This document shows, piece by piece, positions 38,118 to 51,875 of a stretch of DNA of 64,000 bases (position 1 is the stretch's first letter; each line of letters begins with the position of its first letter). Source of the stretch: Tubiluchus corallicola (taxonomy: Eukaryota > Animalia > Priapulida). Position numbers and translations under genes: made by a program. Below the pieces are notes generated by a model. It made no database searches. It was not told the origin of the DNA and saw nothing but the letters and a program-made list of their open reading frames with translations. The DNA lies in NCBI GenBank assembly GCA_030141605.1, contig JAQGDQ010000424.1:135964-199963 (forward strand), given 5' to 3'.

Positions 38118-38880
38118 TTATACCAAATCACCGTACGAGTGGTACTTTTCATACCTGTACTGTTCAAGTTATACCAAATCACCGTAGGTCTGATACTTTT
38201 CATACCTGTACTGTTCAAGTTATACCAAATCACCGTAGGTCTGGTACTTTTCATACCTGTACTGTTCAAGTTATACCAAATCACCGTAGGTCTGGTACTT
38301 TTCATACCTGTACTGTTCAAGTTATACCAAATCACCGTACGTGTGGTACTTTTCATACCTGTACAGTTCAAGTTATACCAAATCACCGTACGTGTGGTAC
38401 TTTTCATACCTGTACAGTTCAAGTTATACCAAATCACCGTACGTGTGGTACTTTTCATACCTGTACTGTTCAAGTTATACCAAATCACCGTACGTGTGGT
38501 ACTTTTCATACCTGTACTGTTCAAGTTATACCAAATCACCGCACGTGTGGTACTTTTCATACCTGTACTGTTCAAGTTATACCAAATCACCGCACGTGTG
38601 GTACTTTTCATACCTGTACTGTTCAAGTTATACCAAATCACCGCACGTGTGGTACTTTTCATACCTGTACTGTTCAAGTTATACCAAATCACCGCACGTG
38701 TGGTACTTTTCATACCTGTACTGTTCAAATTATACCAAATCACCGTACGTGTGGTACTTTTCATACCTGTACTGTTCAAGTTATACCAAATCACCGCACG
38801 TGTGGTACTTTTCATACCTGTACTGTTCAAGTTATACCAAATCACCGCACGTGTGGTACTTTTCATACCTGTACTGTTCA
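38118..38880. repeat. Minisatellite, 51-bp unit, ~15 copies
   Basis: ttataccaaatcaccgYacgtgtggtacttttcatacctgtactgttcaag; 17-aa periodic ORFs. Confidence 0.97.
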
Positions 38881-39149
38881 TGCTTGAAGAGAATGATAAT
38901 ATTTAATATTTATTGAGCCATTAAGGAATGAAATCACAGAAGGCAAAGAAAAAACGACTTAAAAACGGTCAACATCGGGACAAAGAAACCACATATAAGT
39001 GGTACAATGGTTCAAACACAAAAAACGCGAACAACAGAGCAACATACACATATATTATAAACTTAATATTGCATGTGTTACACTTAGTCAGTCAATCAGG
39101 CTTGCACTGAGTTATCTCAGTCGGGCCTGTCTTCAAATATTTTGTGGAC

Positions 39150-39440
39150 CAATCTGGCATTAATTTTAATAACTTCTACATCTTGTGATGCATTTAAAAA
39201 CACGAACTGCTCATTAGGAGACATATAATGAAAGTTGGGACAGAAATCAGAAAAAATTCAAAAACATTTCTCTCTTATATGAACTGTACAGTGAACATTC
39301 AGTAATTACATACAATTCATCCTCTACTTCGTTCGAATATATGTAAAATTTTTTACATATTCGATGTTGTACAGGTATTTGTTTCGGCTTATGATATTTA
39401 TCGATTTCAATTGCTAATTTATAACTGGCATAGGTAAAGT
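39150..39440 (-). mobile_element. Degenerate LINE C-terminal fragment (RTE-X/Tx1-like)
   Basis: KLAIEIDKY...RIC...EVEDE...EC.LY resembles the LxIExGRY...RxC...EDExH...CxxY motif. Confidence 0.55.
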
Positions 39441-39934
39441 ATATCCCACACCTGCAGTAACTGGCCATTATAAGTGCGTTTATAGTTAGTTGTTTGAAAT
39501 AATAATTGTTGTGAATATATAGAAATCAATTTGAATGAGAAAAACATGTAACAAATTTAGCTGAAATTTCGTCTTGACGTGAACTGCAGCCTGCAGTCTA
39601 GGAATATCATTATATGAGTCAAAAGTTTTAAATCATAACTTATTCATTTCACATAACACAGTTTCAATAATTTTGTGAACAAAAATATAGTGAAAGGGCC
39701 TGTAATAAACGTAATACAATTTATTTTTTACTATTTCTGTACAACAAAAGCCTGACATTATGTTTGCCTATGTATAAATGTAATTGTGTTGCAGGCAATC
39801 AAAAAGCAGGACTTGTTTTGTTGTCCCACCCCGTGAAAGTAAAAAAAAGTAGTGAAAATAAACTGAAAATTATGAAGTAAATCAGCTGATAAAGAAAAAC
39901 ATTTAGTGCCTTTCTTTAACGTAGTGCCAACGAA

Positions 39935-40090
39935 TGGTAAAAAAGTCACAGGTAAAAGAACAAGAAAAAAGAAATAACCCTAAAATTAACACTAACCCTA
40001 ATCCTAAGCCGAACCCTAACACTTCTCCTAACCCTGCCCCTAACCCTAACCCTAGCAAGATTTAATTCTGACTTTTTTCCTGTGCTATTA
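39935..40090. mobile_element. Small inverted-repeat element with internal telomere-like (CCCTAA) units
   Basis: aaaaaagtca / tgactttttt flank degenerate aaccctaa units. Confidence 0.45.
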
Positions 40091-40134
40091 TCGGCCATCG
40101 TGCCAGCAAGGCCTGTATGTTGTGTTAACAGATA

Positions 40135-40228
40135 TTGTACTGTACTTTACTGTACTATACTGTACTGTGCTGTACTGTGCTATACTATACTATACTATGC
40201 TGTACTGTACTGTACTATACTGTACAGT
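40135..40228. repeat. (TACTG/TACTA)n microsatellite
   Basis: Direct reading. Confidence 0.9.
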
Positions 40229-40927
40229 AAACTGTTACCTACTTGCTGTTCATTTCAGTAATAACGTAACAATTCTCTAGCAGTGGTTTCACAACTTAAT
40301 TAAAAACTTTACAAGCATGTAAACAGATATATATAGAACGATTTTTCAAGTAGATAATAAGTAATCATGCATTAAAAATGTACAGTGTGTCGCAATGTGA
40401 ATCCAAGCAATAATGACTATCATTCCAGTTAAGGTATAGTAATATTTTACTGGCACAGTGAAAGAGTTTGATAGGTATTCCCGTAAACTTGTGTAGGTTT
40501 TGCGTCAAATTTTTGCAGGAGGGCAGTTTTTGGGGCGTCCTGTACGTTCTGTGCTGCAATTCGCTGAAATGAATGAAATCAAAGCGTGAAATTTTGAAGT
40601 ATCTATGGACTAAATGGAGTATGTTCAACTACGAGAACCGCCTTCAGTTTATATCACTATCTTAGAAAAGCAAGTGAAGTATCACTGCCCGTGGCGTTAA
40701 ACTTTAACCGGTACGCAAAACTCTGGCCGTATAAGAGGCTACGCTTTTTCAGAAGGAGAGGATAGGAGGAAGAATTTTGGAGCACCACGAGGAGTGCAAA
40801 GCAGTGAAGAAAAAAAAAATTCCAATTTTGTGTTTTACGCGAGTCGAATTTTGGTAGTAAAGCCTGATTCCAATAAACAGGTTTGCAGTTGAAGTCGTAG
40901 ATTTCTCTGAAAGAGTGAGCGACGAAG

Positions 40928-41009
40928 ATGAAAGTGAAAGAAAGTGCGTTCATAGTGCTACTCTTTTCTGCTGCTGTAGGAGTGTGTTTGGGAAATAGTG
41001 TTGACAAAC
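40928..41009 (+). CDS. GH18 chitinase exon 1, signal peptide (MKVKESAFIVLLFSAAVGVCLG)
   Basis: Basic N-terminus + hydrophobic core; C|gtaagt phase-1 donor fits exon 2; TATAAGA at 40730. Confidence 0.75.
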
Positions 41010-42066
41010 GTAAGTACAAACGTATATTTACAAATTACCCAAATTCACTGGTAGTTTAAAAATGACAAACCTCCAAAAAATCAATAACTACTGTTACGCT
41101 ATTAATGAAATTACACAGGTAGAACGAAGTTAGTACAATAATAAAATTAAGACTAAAATAATGCGTAAGACGTTAACATAGCTGCACTTACAAAGTGAGT
41201 TGTAATTTTGTTTCGCTTAAACATTCCGTTACTAAGAAGGATTCTACAGCAAACCTATATCATACTCGCGAGAACTATGTTTACTGTAGAGATAATCTCT
41301 GGCTTCTATTTCCCTTCTAAATTTAAAAAACCATTCAAATGCGAAACCAAATATGAAAACATTTATAAACCTGAACGCTATCTTGTCGTAATTTGCCATG
41401 TGCTGACTTGATAAATTGTTACTTCCTCTTTCTCCCGTGTTTTTTATCTTCTAATGTTTCGCTCCCTCTGCTGATGGTTCTTTACGTTCTAGTTCATCAG
41501 CTTGTTAAAGGAAAGGTCAACCCTTCTGGAAATCAGCCTTATTTCAATGTTTGCGAAAAAGTGTTACAAAGATTTAGCAATAAAACTGCAATAAGAGCCT
41601 GGGGTAATTAGTAAAATCATTTTAAAGTCGCGATCACATCATGCTTGGACGCTCTTATTTTCATTGTCTTCCAATGACGTCATTGTGTTAAAGAAAAGTA
41701 GCGTACTGTCAATCTTCGTCAAAAGTATAAGAAGATTGGTAGCTAATTTTGTAATATTTTTACGCGAACATTAGCTAAGCTGCCGAAGTTAGGGTTAGTT
41801 TATGCAGCGCGCGTATACGGAAAGCCACGATGCGCTTACGAAAAGTCACGAAGTCTCACAGTAACGTCATGATTTTCGAGTGAATGGCGGCAAACATCAC
41901 GCGTAAAAATTTCTATACAGAGGTAATATATTTTAAATTTACACTTTATTGCAAATTTCTTTGCTATATTTTTCTAAGTTCAAGAGATAACAGTAAAATA
42001 AACTAAACATACTGACTGACTTGATCTTTCCTTTAACATTTCTTTATATGTGAGAGTTGAGCTGAT

Positions 42067-42325
42067 GGCTTGATGGCCACTGTAAATGATAAACTTGGTA
42101 CCCACTGTAAATGCTAGACTTCATGGCCACTGTAAATACTGGACTTGATGGCCACTGTAAATACTGGACTTGATGGCCACTGTAAATGATAAACTTGGTA
42201 CCCACTGTAAATACTGGACTTGATGGCCACTGTAAATGATAAACTTGGTACCCACTGTAAATACTGGACTTGATGGCCACTGTAAATAACAAACTTGGTA
42301 CCCACTGTAAATGCTAGACTTGGTA
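42067..42325. repeat. Minisatellite, 25-bp unit with two alternating variants
   Basis: ccactgtaaat core recurring every 25 bp. Confidence 0.9.
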
Positions 42326-42427
42326 ATCATTGTAGATGCTGGCTCTGTGTCCATTATAAATGAGGGATTTGTTGTACAATGTAATTTCTGGATTTGGAAT
42401 TCACTGTAAATTTTGGGCCATCGCCTT

Positions 42428-42698
42428 GGATTTGATACCCAACGTAAATGTCACTATAGATGCTGGATTTGATACCCAGCGTTAATGTCACTATAGATGC
42501 TGGATTTGATACCCAACGTTAATGTCACTATAGATGCTGGATTTGATACCCAACGCTAATGTCACTATAGATGCTGGATTTGAAACCCAACGTTAATGTC
42601 ACTATAGATGCTGGATTTGATACCCAACGTTAATGTCACTATAGATGCTGGATTTGATACCCAACGCAAATGTCACTTTAGATGCTGGATTTGAAACA
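42428..42698. repeat. Minisatellite, 37-bp unit, ~7 copies
   Basis: ggatttgatacccaacgttaatgtcactatagatgct. Confidence 0.95.
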
Positions 42699-44344
42699 CA
42701 TTACTGAATTTGGCTGACTCTGTCATGGGCTAAATTTTCGAAATCGGGGAGGGGGATGCGATTGGTGTATCCTACTAAATATAACCGCCAGTGCCGTTCT
42801 AATCATTATCAGGCACTTGATATCATTATATCGATTACTGATACTATTGATTATATTGATACTGTGCACGGTCTCCTGAACGAGTTTAGGAAAGGAATAT
42901 AAAGCATTGCTTTTCTAAGACTGTCAGTACATCATACACAAGCACACGATATTAAACCCGGAGTAATAAAATAACATTGTGACCCGATTATCAAAAGTCA
43001 GCGCGTCCATTATAAATTTACAAATTTACGACAACAACCGGTAAATTTATCATATCCGGTCCTTGTTGCCTCCAAGCCAATTTGTCAGAAACGTTTTAAC
43101 GACTTCTTACCGTCGTTGAAGAGAATGGATACCTCTCAGAAGTGAATGAAACGTATTGGATTGGAAATGTCTGATCTGTAGGATCACCATACGAGATTTA
43201 AATTACCAAGTACGTAGTTCGAACTGCTTACCAGGAATACCTCTATTAGTGTACTGTAAAGATAGCGGATTAAAAATTGCAGATTTTTTTTATTTAAAAT
43301 TTATTTCAGCTATATAAAAATGCTATAGAAAAACTAAAATGTTCACTAGAACCTAAGAAACATTGCATGTCATGCACTATTAGAAGAACTACAAATATAT
43401 ACAAAAATATAATAAAAATATAGACAAATTTTAAAACTACAAGGCATTGGTTAAAACCCAGCGGTCACTACTTCAAAAATTATGCCAATTCCTAAATATT
43501 CGAGTACAAAATCGTTTGGTAGGAAATATGATATACAATAGAATTTGTGGGCCCGATAATTCGTGGTTTTAAGCTATAGGCACAGTGATGCTACAGTACT
43601 TTAAAATGTTCTTAATTATTTTCTTTACATATTGTAGAAGGAAGGCATATTGTAAGTATAACACGTGAAAAACTTGTGAAGAACATTGTTGCTAGAGACG
43701 CGGATTTTGGTTAAACTTCATACGGCCACATGAACGAAGTGGACGAAATGGCCAAACCTGGACATTAATTTTCTATGGAGTGACATTTGTGTTGGCGTTT
43801 TCGTATTTTCGTAAAACTAGAATAAGAACTTTGCAATCTTTTCGTTCCAGTAAAATATCCACAAGCTCTTATTTTTATTATTTTCTGGATTTTTTGCGTT
43901 GACCTAATAATAAATCTCTGTGATTGCGCTACGAAATTTGTTGTTTAAGACGCAACGATTTCATTACTTTGTGTTAAAGAAAAATGTAAAAGATTGAAAC
44001 GTGACATTTAAGATTACTTTTAAACATGAAATTCTATCATTTAATCTATACTTCTAATCTGATACGTATTTATTTGGAAAATTTGGCTTTCAGGTCGTAA
44101 GTACGTCCTACATTGTAAGTACGGGGTCATGGAGAAAAAGAAACTAATCATGTGCTTTATGCATCTGATGTAAATCATTATTTTACGTGTTAGTAGTAAT
44201 TTTGTTTTATTAAAACTTGATTTCGCGTTCCAATGGGAACTTCTGCCTTCTCTCAACCAATTTTTAGAAGCTGTTTTTGAATACTTTGCTCAGTATTTAA
44301 ACCACATTTGTGAAAGAGTTTTAGGAAGAATTATGCTTGCATAG

Positions 44345-44977
44345 CAAACTCGTCCATAAGTCGGTAATTAAGCTGTTCTATTTATTCACATATCCTGAAT
44401 CTCCGTTTCACGAGGACCATTTTGATACAAAGTTCATCACTCTATGTTATTTCCAAACTGAGATAATCCACGTTGAAGTTGAGGTGCAGGCTGCACCATG
44501 AAAAACATTATCTTGGGAAAATTGCTGTTAAAATCAGTCATTGTTTTGTCGCGTGTCTGCAAAACACTTAGCAACCCTACAAATGTGGGTTGCTATGGAC
44601 TTTGCAAAAACACATTGAAGTTATGTTTAAATCCAGTAGATGGCTCTTCCTAACGAAGATCAGGGCTTGGCAACAGAAAAGACCCGAAGCAAAATGACTA
44701 CTTCAACAAGCTGCTATCAGAGCTTGAAATACAAGTTTTTTCAATTGCAATATTAGTTTCTAGACAGAAAAGTGTGTAAGGAGTTATAAAATTAAATTTC
44801 TAATATTTTTGAACACTTTTCTGATAATTTGATGCTAGAATATAAAAATCCGATACATTTAGTGTTGGTTTTTATTAAAAACAAAAAAATGACATTTGAC
44901 CAAATTTTTGGTACTTTCTACCTTGAAGCATCGTGATGCAGTTCTGACTATTCTGACTTATGGACGGTTTTGGTTTG
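44345..44977. mobile_element. Unclassified non-autonomous TIR element
   Basis: cgtccataagtcgg / ctgacttatggacg inverted ends. Confidence 0.5.
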
Positions 44978-45052
44978 CCGGCATTATTAGTATCTACGTT
45001 TATCAAGATACTGGCCACTTGATGAGATTGATATAATTTTTGTTTTTTTCAG

Positions 45053-45220
45053 GTAAGATTGTAGGATGCTATTTTACAAACTGGTCACAGTATAGGCCAG
45101 GCATTGGAAAATTTCAACCGTCTAATATTGATCCATCACTGTGTACACACATTTACTATGCATTCGCTGAAATAAAGACTAGTACACTTCAACTCAAGTC
45201 TAGAGAATGGAACGATGCAA
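45053..45220 (+). CDS. GH18 chitinase exon 2 ([14 protein letters not shown]...[10 protein letters not shown]...EWND)
   Basis: Chitotriosidase/AMCase-like N-terminal motifs; ttcag / gtacgt; phase 1-1. Confidence 0.95.
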
Positions 45221-45324
45221 GTACGTGTCTCCTATTTCTCTCCACTTTGCCTCTCCTTAATCTTTTTATCTATTTGTTATTTTTCCCCTTCTTTCGTTCT
45301 TTCTCTTACTTTGCTCACTCCCCA

Positions 45325-45329
<5 letters not shown>

Positions 45330-45418
<89 letters not shown>

Positions 45419-45592
45419 ATCTCTATCTCTATCTCTATCTCTATCTCTATCTCTATCTCTATCTCTATCTCTCTATCTCTATCTCTATCTATCTATCTAC
45501 TACCTACCTATACTACCTACCTACCTACCTACCTACCTACCTACCTACCTACCTACCTACCTACCTACCTACCTACCTACCTACCTACCTAC

Positions 45593-45626
<34 letters not shown>

Positions 45627-45627
45627 G
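45330..45627. repeat. Compound microsatellite (CT)n(CTATCT)n(CTAC)n(CTAT)n
   Basis: Direct reading. Confidence 0.97.
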
Positions 45628-46332
45628 TCATTTTCTCTTCTTCTCTCTCTTTTTTCCCTCTCTGTTTGTCTATCACTCTCCTTCTCTTTTTCTTTCTGTT
45701 TAACTTACGTACACTCTAACCCGCGATTCTGTTATCTTTCATAAATTCCCTACATTCTACAACCCTCCCCCACACTCCCTCCACTCCCACTCACCTACCG
45801 CACATCGTCTTTTTCCCCGATTCTATTCCTTCCGTTTCCTTTTATTTTTATTTTTTTTTATTCTTATATTCTTTTTATTCTTTTACTTATATTATTCTTT
45901 TTATTCCTTAAATGTCTACTTTTTATAACATGTTTTTCAGCTAGTGAATAGCTAGTAACATTACCCGTCGTAAAAGCCTTTACTTGATTTTATTAGCAAA
46001 ACCCCGACAAAACACAAAAGCCACTTATAATTTTGTTATACGACTTTTTGTATAAGTATAATGGTCTTTTTTTATTAGTTTCGCGTTTATTATAAAAATG
46101 AACTTTTGCGGAAACTCTTCACGTGCGGTTTATAAATGAGAATAAAAAATAAACCGAACAGGAAGAGGTCACTAATAAAACTGCTTGTTCACTGCGTCGG
46201 GAACTTCTAAGTAACTTTTAATAGATCCGGAGAATTAAAAAAGCTAAGAAACTCTATAAGTAACTAAAAGAAACAGCGCGCTAACAAATGCTACATAAAC
46301 ATGCTAATGTTAATTCACACAAATTCTATTAA

Positions 46333-46867
46333 AGGAAGACCGGAAGATTGTTTAGGCTCAATCTCATTGAAATTTACTGTCCAAAATATACATTCTCTTG
46401 CCTATAAATGTTAACAATTGTTCCTTATATTTGAATAATTAGCTTAGAAAGTTAATTAACGGCAACCGAACACAGCTATTGCTTACGTCAGAAACTAACC
46501 ACGCTTTGTGCAATGGCAGGTATCCTTCCTTGCGCATCAAGCACATTTACATAAGTGTTACTGCTTAAACGCGTGATGTCACGAAAATGCGCTCTACATC
46601 ATATGACGTTAGAAACTAAGACTGCAGGTCATGCTTATCACGGTACCGCCTTTTTTGTCGGCCACACGAATGTGACTAAAAGGTGCCACTGCCAATCTTA
46701 TTAGATTCACTGAGCCGCGCGTAGCTTTGAAAGTTTAACAAAATTTGAGTAACTGAGGTAATTATTATTTAATCTAAGCTTTGATTTAAAAAAAGCTATT
46801 GTAGTTTTCAATATTTTAGAGCATTCTTTATTCTGAACTTGTGTTTACACAATCATCCGGTTTTCCT
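46333..46867 (+). mobile_element. Kolobok-like family A copy 2
   Basis: TTAA-aggaagaccgg ... ccggttttcct-TTAA. Confidence 0.8.
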
Positions 46868-47109
46868 TTAAATACTGCGGTTATATCTAGTGAGATGGCC
46901 TAACTTTCTGGGTGTCTGTGCAAAAATTCTGCCATACACTGTCTTGCCCGATTCATACATTTATTTGGGCTAATTAGACTGGACTATGATTTGGTCATCG
47001 TATTTCAGCATATTACCATATTTTCTACTGCATTGTTTCTTTTGAAACGCCCTGTACAAGACGACTTGCAGATTAAGAAATAGCCTGCGAATCGAATTCG
47101 CCTGTTTCA

Positions 47110-47496
47110 AGAAAGACAGGATGATTTTTCATATACTGCCCCATTTTCAAATCCGATAAAACGTATACATTTCAACACAATTAACACAGCAAAAGCGTTT
47201 CTGATAATTAAATAACAGATCAAAATCTTAATTAAAGGCAGGCGAGCCTAACTAGTGATGACATCACAAACTAACGTAATTTTCAACAGCAAAAATGTTC
47301 CACGAGCGTGTTGCAAGTGTTTGAGCAAGCGAAAATTGAAGTACAGTGCTACTGTGAGATATTCAGTGTATTGTTTTAAAATTAGGCAAGTTTTAAGATA
47401 AAAATTCAAATTCCAAATTTACCGCTGTGGTCACGCATGAGCTGTCGAACGTGTGTAGTTCCTGACAAACGAACACATACGAAATGAGAGGTACAG
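47110..47496 (+). repeat. Dispersed repeat (Kolobok-like 5' part); second copy at 48669-49063
   Basis: ~390-bp direct homology; the second copy begins TTAA-AGG. Confidence 0.7.
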
Positions 47497-47713
47497 CTAC
47501 TGTAAAAGATTCATTGCGTTGTACTTGACCATTCGATGCCCACCCCTGCTCAGTAGTGGTTGCGTCTGTTAGTGGCGCGAAGTACAGTGGTACTGTAAGA
47601 GATTCATTGTGTTGTACTTGAACGTTCGATGCCCACCCCTGCTCAGTAGTGGTTACGTCTGTTTTATTTCTCAAATCATTACCAGTTTCAATTGACTGTG
47701 GAGCGTTTTACAG

Positions 47714-47976
47714 AACTGTACGCAGAAGTGACGGCTCTCAAACAGCAGAACCCAAACTTGAAAGTTCTCCTCTCCATCGGTGGCTACAACGTGGGACCCG
47801 CCATCTTTACACAGATCGCCTTTAGCAACACCAACTTGCGCGCTTTCATACAGGGAGTGATCCGGTTCCTCCGGAAACACCAGTTTGATGGTCTGGACGT
47901 TGACTGGGAATATCCGGGAGACACCAGTAGGGGTGGCTCCTCGCGGGACATCAAGAATTATCCGATTCTTCTGCAG
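47714..47976 (+). CDS. GH18 chitinase exon 3, catalytic (KVLLSIGG...FDGLDVDWEYPG)
   Basis: Intact DxxDxDxE motif; ttacag / gtaaat. Confidence 0.96.
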
Positions 47977-48000
47977 GTAAATTGATAAAATTCATTGATC

Positions 48001-48366
48001 AATAAAATCACGAAATTAAATCGCAATATTTAAAGAATTATGGACATTTTGTGGTTCTCCAACGATAGATGATATGAATTGCTTGTTTATCCACACCATA
48101 TTTCGACAGATGCATGTCTTATCGGTTGTTACTGGAGCTAAAAGTGAATTAAAAAATAAACCATAGGATAGAAAAATCCCATATCATCTGATTAAAACGT
48201 AAATATGTTAAAATATCGTGTAAATAAATGAGCAGTTCGTGCCATCTGTCGAAATATTGTGTAGATAGACAAGCAATTCATATCATCTACTTACTTCATA
48301 ATTCATTGAAGAATCATATAATGTCCATAATTCTTTAAATATTGCGATTTGTTTTCGTGATTTTTT
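48001..48366. mobile_element. Fold-back MITE with ~110-bp inverted arms
   Basis: aatcgcaatatttaaagaattatggacatt and tttcgacagatg are both mirrored. Confidence 0.75.
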
Positions 48367-49565
48367 TTTGATAATTGGCCAAGTGCCAACAGTATAAAAT
48401 GGGTGTTAGTAGTTAAAGAAACTTAATTCATCATTTCTTGTGGTATGTGAGTATATTGTGTGCACATAGATACAGTTCCTTCAGCTTAGTCGGTATTAAA
48501 TAAAATCACCATTTTTCTCTCGGCAGCTTTGTCAATGCGCAAACGTTTCACGTAGTGTAGTGTTCCTTTCTAACAAAAACACATGAGAGACATTATTCAG
48601 ATAGATATGTCAGTATTATCTATTGATTCAATCATTTCTATTTGTCATGATTCGTTTTTTTTTGTTAAAGGAAGACAGGATGATTTTTCATGTGCTACCC
48701 CTTTTATCGGGTCAAGTCCGATAAAAAGTATATACATTTTAACACAATTAACACTGCAAAAGCGTTTCTGATAATTAAATAATGTATTAAAAATTTAATT
48801 AACGGTGAGCGAGCCCAACTATTGATGACATCACAAACTAACATAATTTTCAACACCAAAAATACTCTACGAGTGTGTTGCACGTGTTTGTGAAAGCGAA
48901 AATTGAAGTACAGTGCTACTGTAAGATATTCAATGTGTTGTACTAAAACTAGGCAAGTTTTAAGATAAAAATTCTAATTTCAAATTTACCGCAGTGCTCA
49001 CACATGAGCTGTTGAACGTGTGTAGTTCGTCACAAACTAACACATCTGAACTGAGAGGTACAGGACTTGTCTTTTCCGACATGCAGGCGCTAGTGCCCGT
49101 CTAACTAACGAATGGCGAAATGCATGTAACAGCGAAGAACTAGTGGCGCAAACGTGAAATTGTGTTTGTGTGGTAATAATTCTTTCACGTAAGTCATTTT
49201 CCAAAAAATAGTATGTTTCCTTTCAATATTTTAAAGAGTAGATTGTTTTGACCTACAGTTTAAGATTCTTTCCATAGCTTTAATATCTTTGAATTTCCCT
49301 TATTACTTACTGAACATCATCAAATGCAAAGGCTATGAAAGAAGTGAATAGCATAGTGTACGGCTTTTGTTGCAGTAAGACACCACGTGGAACGCTTGGG
49401 CATCTTCCGCATTACAGAATTATTTTCGTGCCGTATTGTGAATGGGCGCTATTACACTGCTGAAAGTTTAAAGCATGCTTTTCTGATTTCTGCTGAGATG
49501 AATTTGCATTGAGCCGATTTCAAAACCCGTGTGGGGATCTAAATTGAGCAAACAATCTATTTTAA

Positions 49566-50180
49566 AGGACAAGAAAAGGGGTACCTGAAGCAGGTTTCAG
49601 AAAAATCACCTTAAAAATTATGTTACTTTACAGCAATTTTATGCGTATATCGTGCTCTCATTGAAGAGAATTTTTGTTTGTTTTAATTTTAAATTTCTCG
49701 CAATACTGTTCCGACGGCGCCATTACATGACGTCAGTACGCCACGTAAATCAGGGGAAGAAAAGGAAATCTTAAATTATGACGCAAAAAACTTTCCATGC
49801 AAATCTATATTACCTAGCATTTCACTTACCTGCTGGAAACACTTATGTGGCCCTCCATGGTGCGCCACTCACTGGCCAAAAACGTATTTTTAATCTTATT
49901 GACAAGATACAGTAATTTCAAATTTTACTTAATTAGCAATTCGTATGCTACGAATGCTCTGATTATTTTTAAAACTTTACTTAATGTTATCAAAACTTGT
50001 TTCAAACGACCTACCATTAAAATAGCTCCGCCTAACGGTCGTCGCGGGAGTTTAAATTTACACGATTTATACAGCTTTGCTGCCGACGCAAGCCTTGCAT
50101 ACGAAAAGGTAGTATGTAAGTGGCATAAAATTTCGAGACGAATTTTTAAGCTTTATGTTAGTGGAGGCTTTTCTTTTGCT
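49566..50180 (+). mobile_element. Kolobok-like family B copy with an internal insertion
   Basis: TTAA-aggacaagaaaag ... cttttcttttgct-TTAA. Confidence 0.75.
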
Positions 50181-50367
50181 TTAACGAAATTCCGTTCCTG
50201 GAACCTACGCTAAACGGAATATCCCATGGTGCAACGCGGCATTCAGACAAAATTGCTTGCAACTTACATTGGGTCGTGCATTACTTATGCTACCTTTCTT
50301 AGGCCACAGTGAGTTTGAAAGTGTAAACTAAGGAAATTAAGATAACTAAAGATCTTTAACTGTTTTG

Positions 50368-50775
<408 letters not shown>

Positions 50776-51091
50776 CCACTGCGACAGTTGTACCCACGAG
50801 TACTCGCTATTTCTATAAAAACAGTTTTGTACTCATATACCTGGCATAAATCATCACAGAGACAATTATCTTGCGAATCCCTCATTAGTCATAACTTCGT
50901 TCTATAGAAAAGCTCCGTCCACACTGTGTTAGACTTTATTTCGAAGTTGCTGCTCACACGTGTATTTTCAAATTAAATTAAACCATTGTGAAATAATTAA
51001 TGAATAAGTTATGGTATTCTCCACACGAAATTAATAATGCGCTAGAGACTAGTAGTTGATTTTTTTACTGAAATAATTTCATTATTTCCAG

Positions 51092-51216
51092 GATATAAAG
51101 CGAGCTTTCGAACTGGAAGCAGCGCAGAAACAGCTTGAGCAATTATTGTTGACTGTCGCCGGTCCTGCTGGACAGTATTTCATCTACCTGGGGTTCGACA
51201 TTGCCAACATTTCAAG
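51092..51216 (+). CDS. GH18 chitinase exon 4 (DIKRAFELEA...LLLTVA...GFDIANIS)
   Basis: ttccag / gtcagc; phase 0 to 2. Confidence 0.9.
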
Positions 51217-51329
51217 GTCAGCCATCATTTTAGTCAAACGACAATTCAATTTCGCGAAAAAATTAGGAATTGCTTTGAATGATTCGAGGTTTTCATTCTT
51301 GAAGATCTCTCTGTTCTTGAATCAGTTTT

Positions 51330-51875
51330 CTGTTGTTGCTAGTATTGTTGCTTCTAGTGTTGCTTCTAGTGTTGCTTCTAGTGTTGTTTCTAGTGTAGCT
51401 ACTATTGTTGCTTCTAGTGTTGCTTCTAATGTTGCTACTAGTGTTGCTACTAGTGTCGCTATTAGTGTTGCTACTATTGTTGCGACTAGTGTTGCTACTA
51501 GTGTTGCTACTATTGTTGCTTCTAGTGTTGCTACTAATGTTGCTTCAAGTGTTGCTTCTAGTGTTGCTGCTCGTGTTGCTTCTAGTGTTGCTACTAATGT
51601 TGCTTCTAGTGTTGCTTCTAGTGTTGCTACTAGTGTTGCTACTATTGTTGCTTCTAGTGTTGCTACTAGTGTTGCTACTATTGTTGCTTCTAGTGTTGCT
51701 ACTAGTGTTGCTACTATTGTTGCTTCTAGTGTTGCTTCTAATGTTGCTTCTAGTGTTACTTCTAGTATTGCTACTAATGTTGCTTCAAGTGTTGCTACTA
51801 GTATTGCTACTCGTTTTGCTTCTAGTGTTGTTACTAATGTTGCTTCTAGTGTTATTTCTAGTGTTGCTTCTAGTG
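51330..51875. repeat. 12-bp minisatellite (tagtgttgcttc), array 1
   Basis: Direct reading. Confidence 0.95.

Noticed and set aside
38028-38916. 17-aa repeat proteins on both strands
   Set aside because: A 51-bp unit without stops in several frames; no splice or start context.
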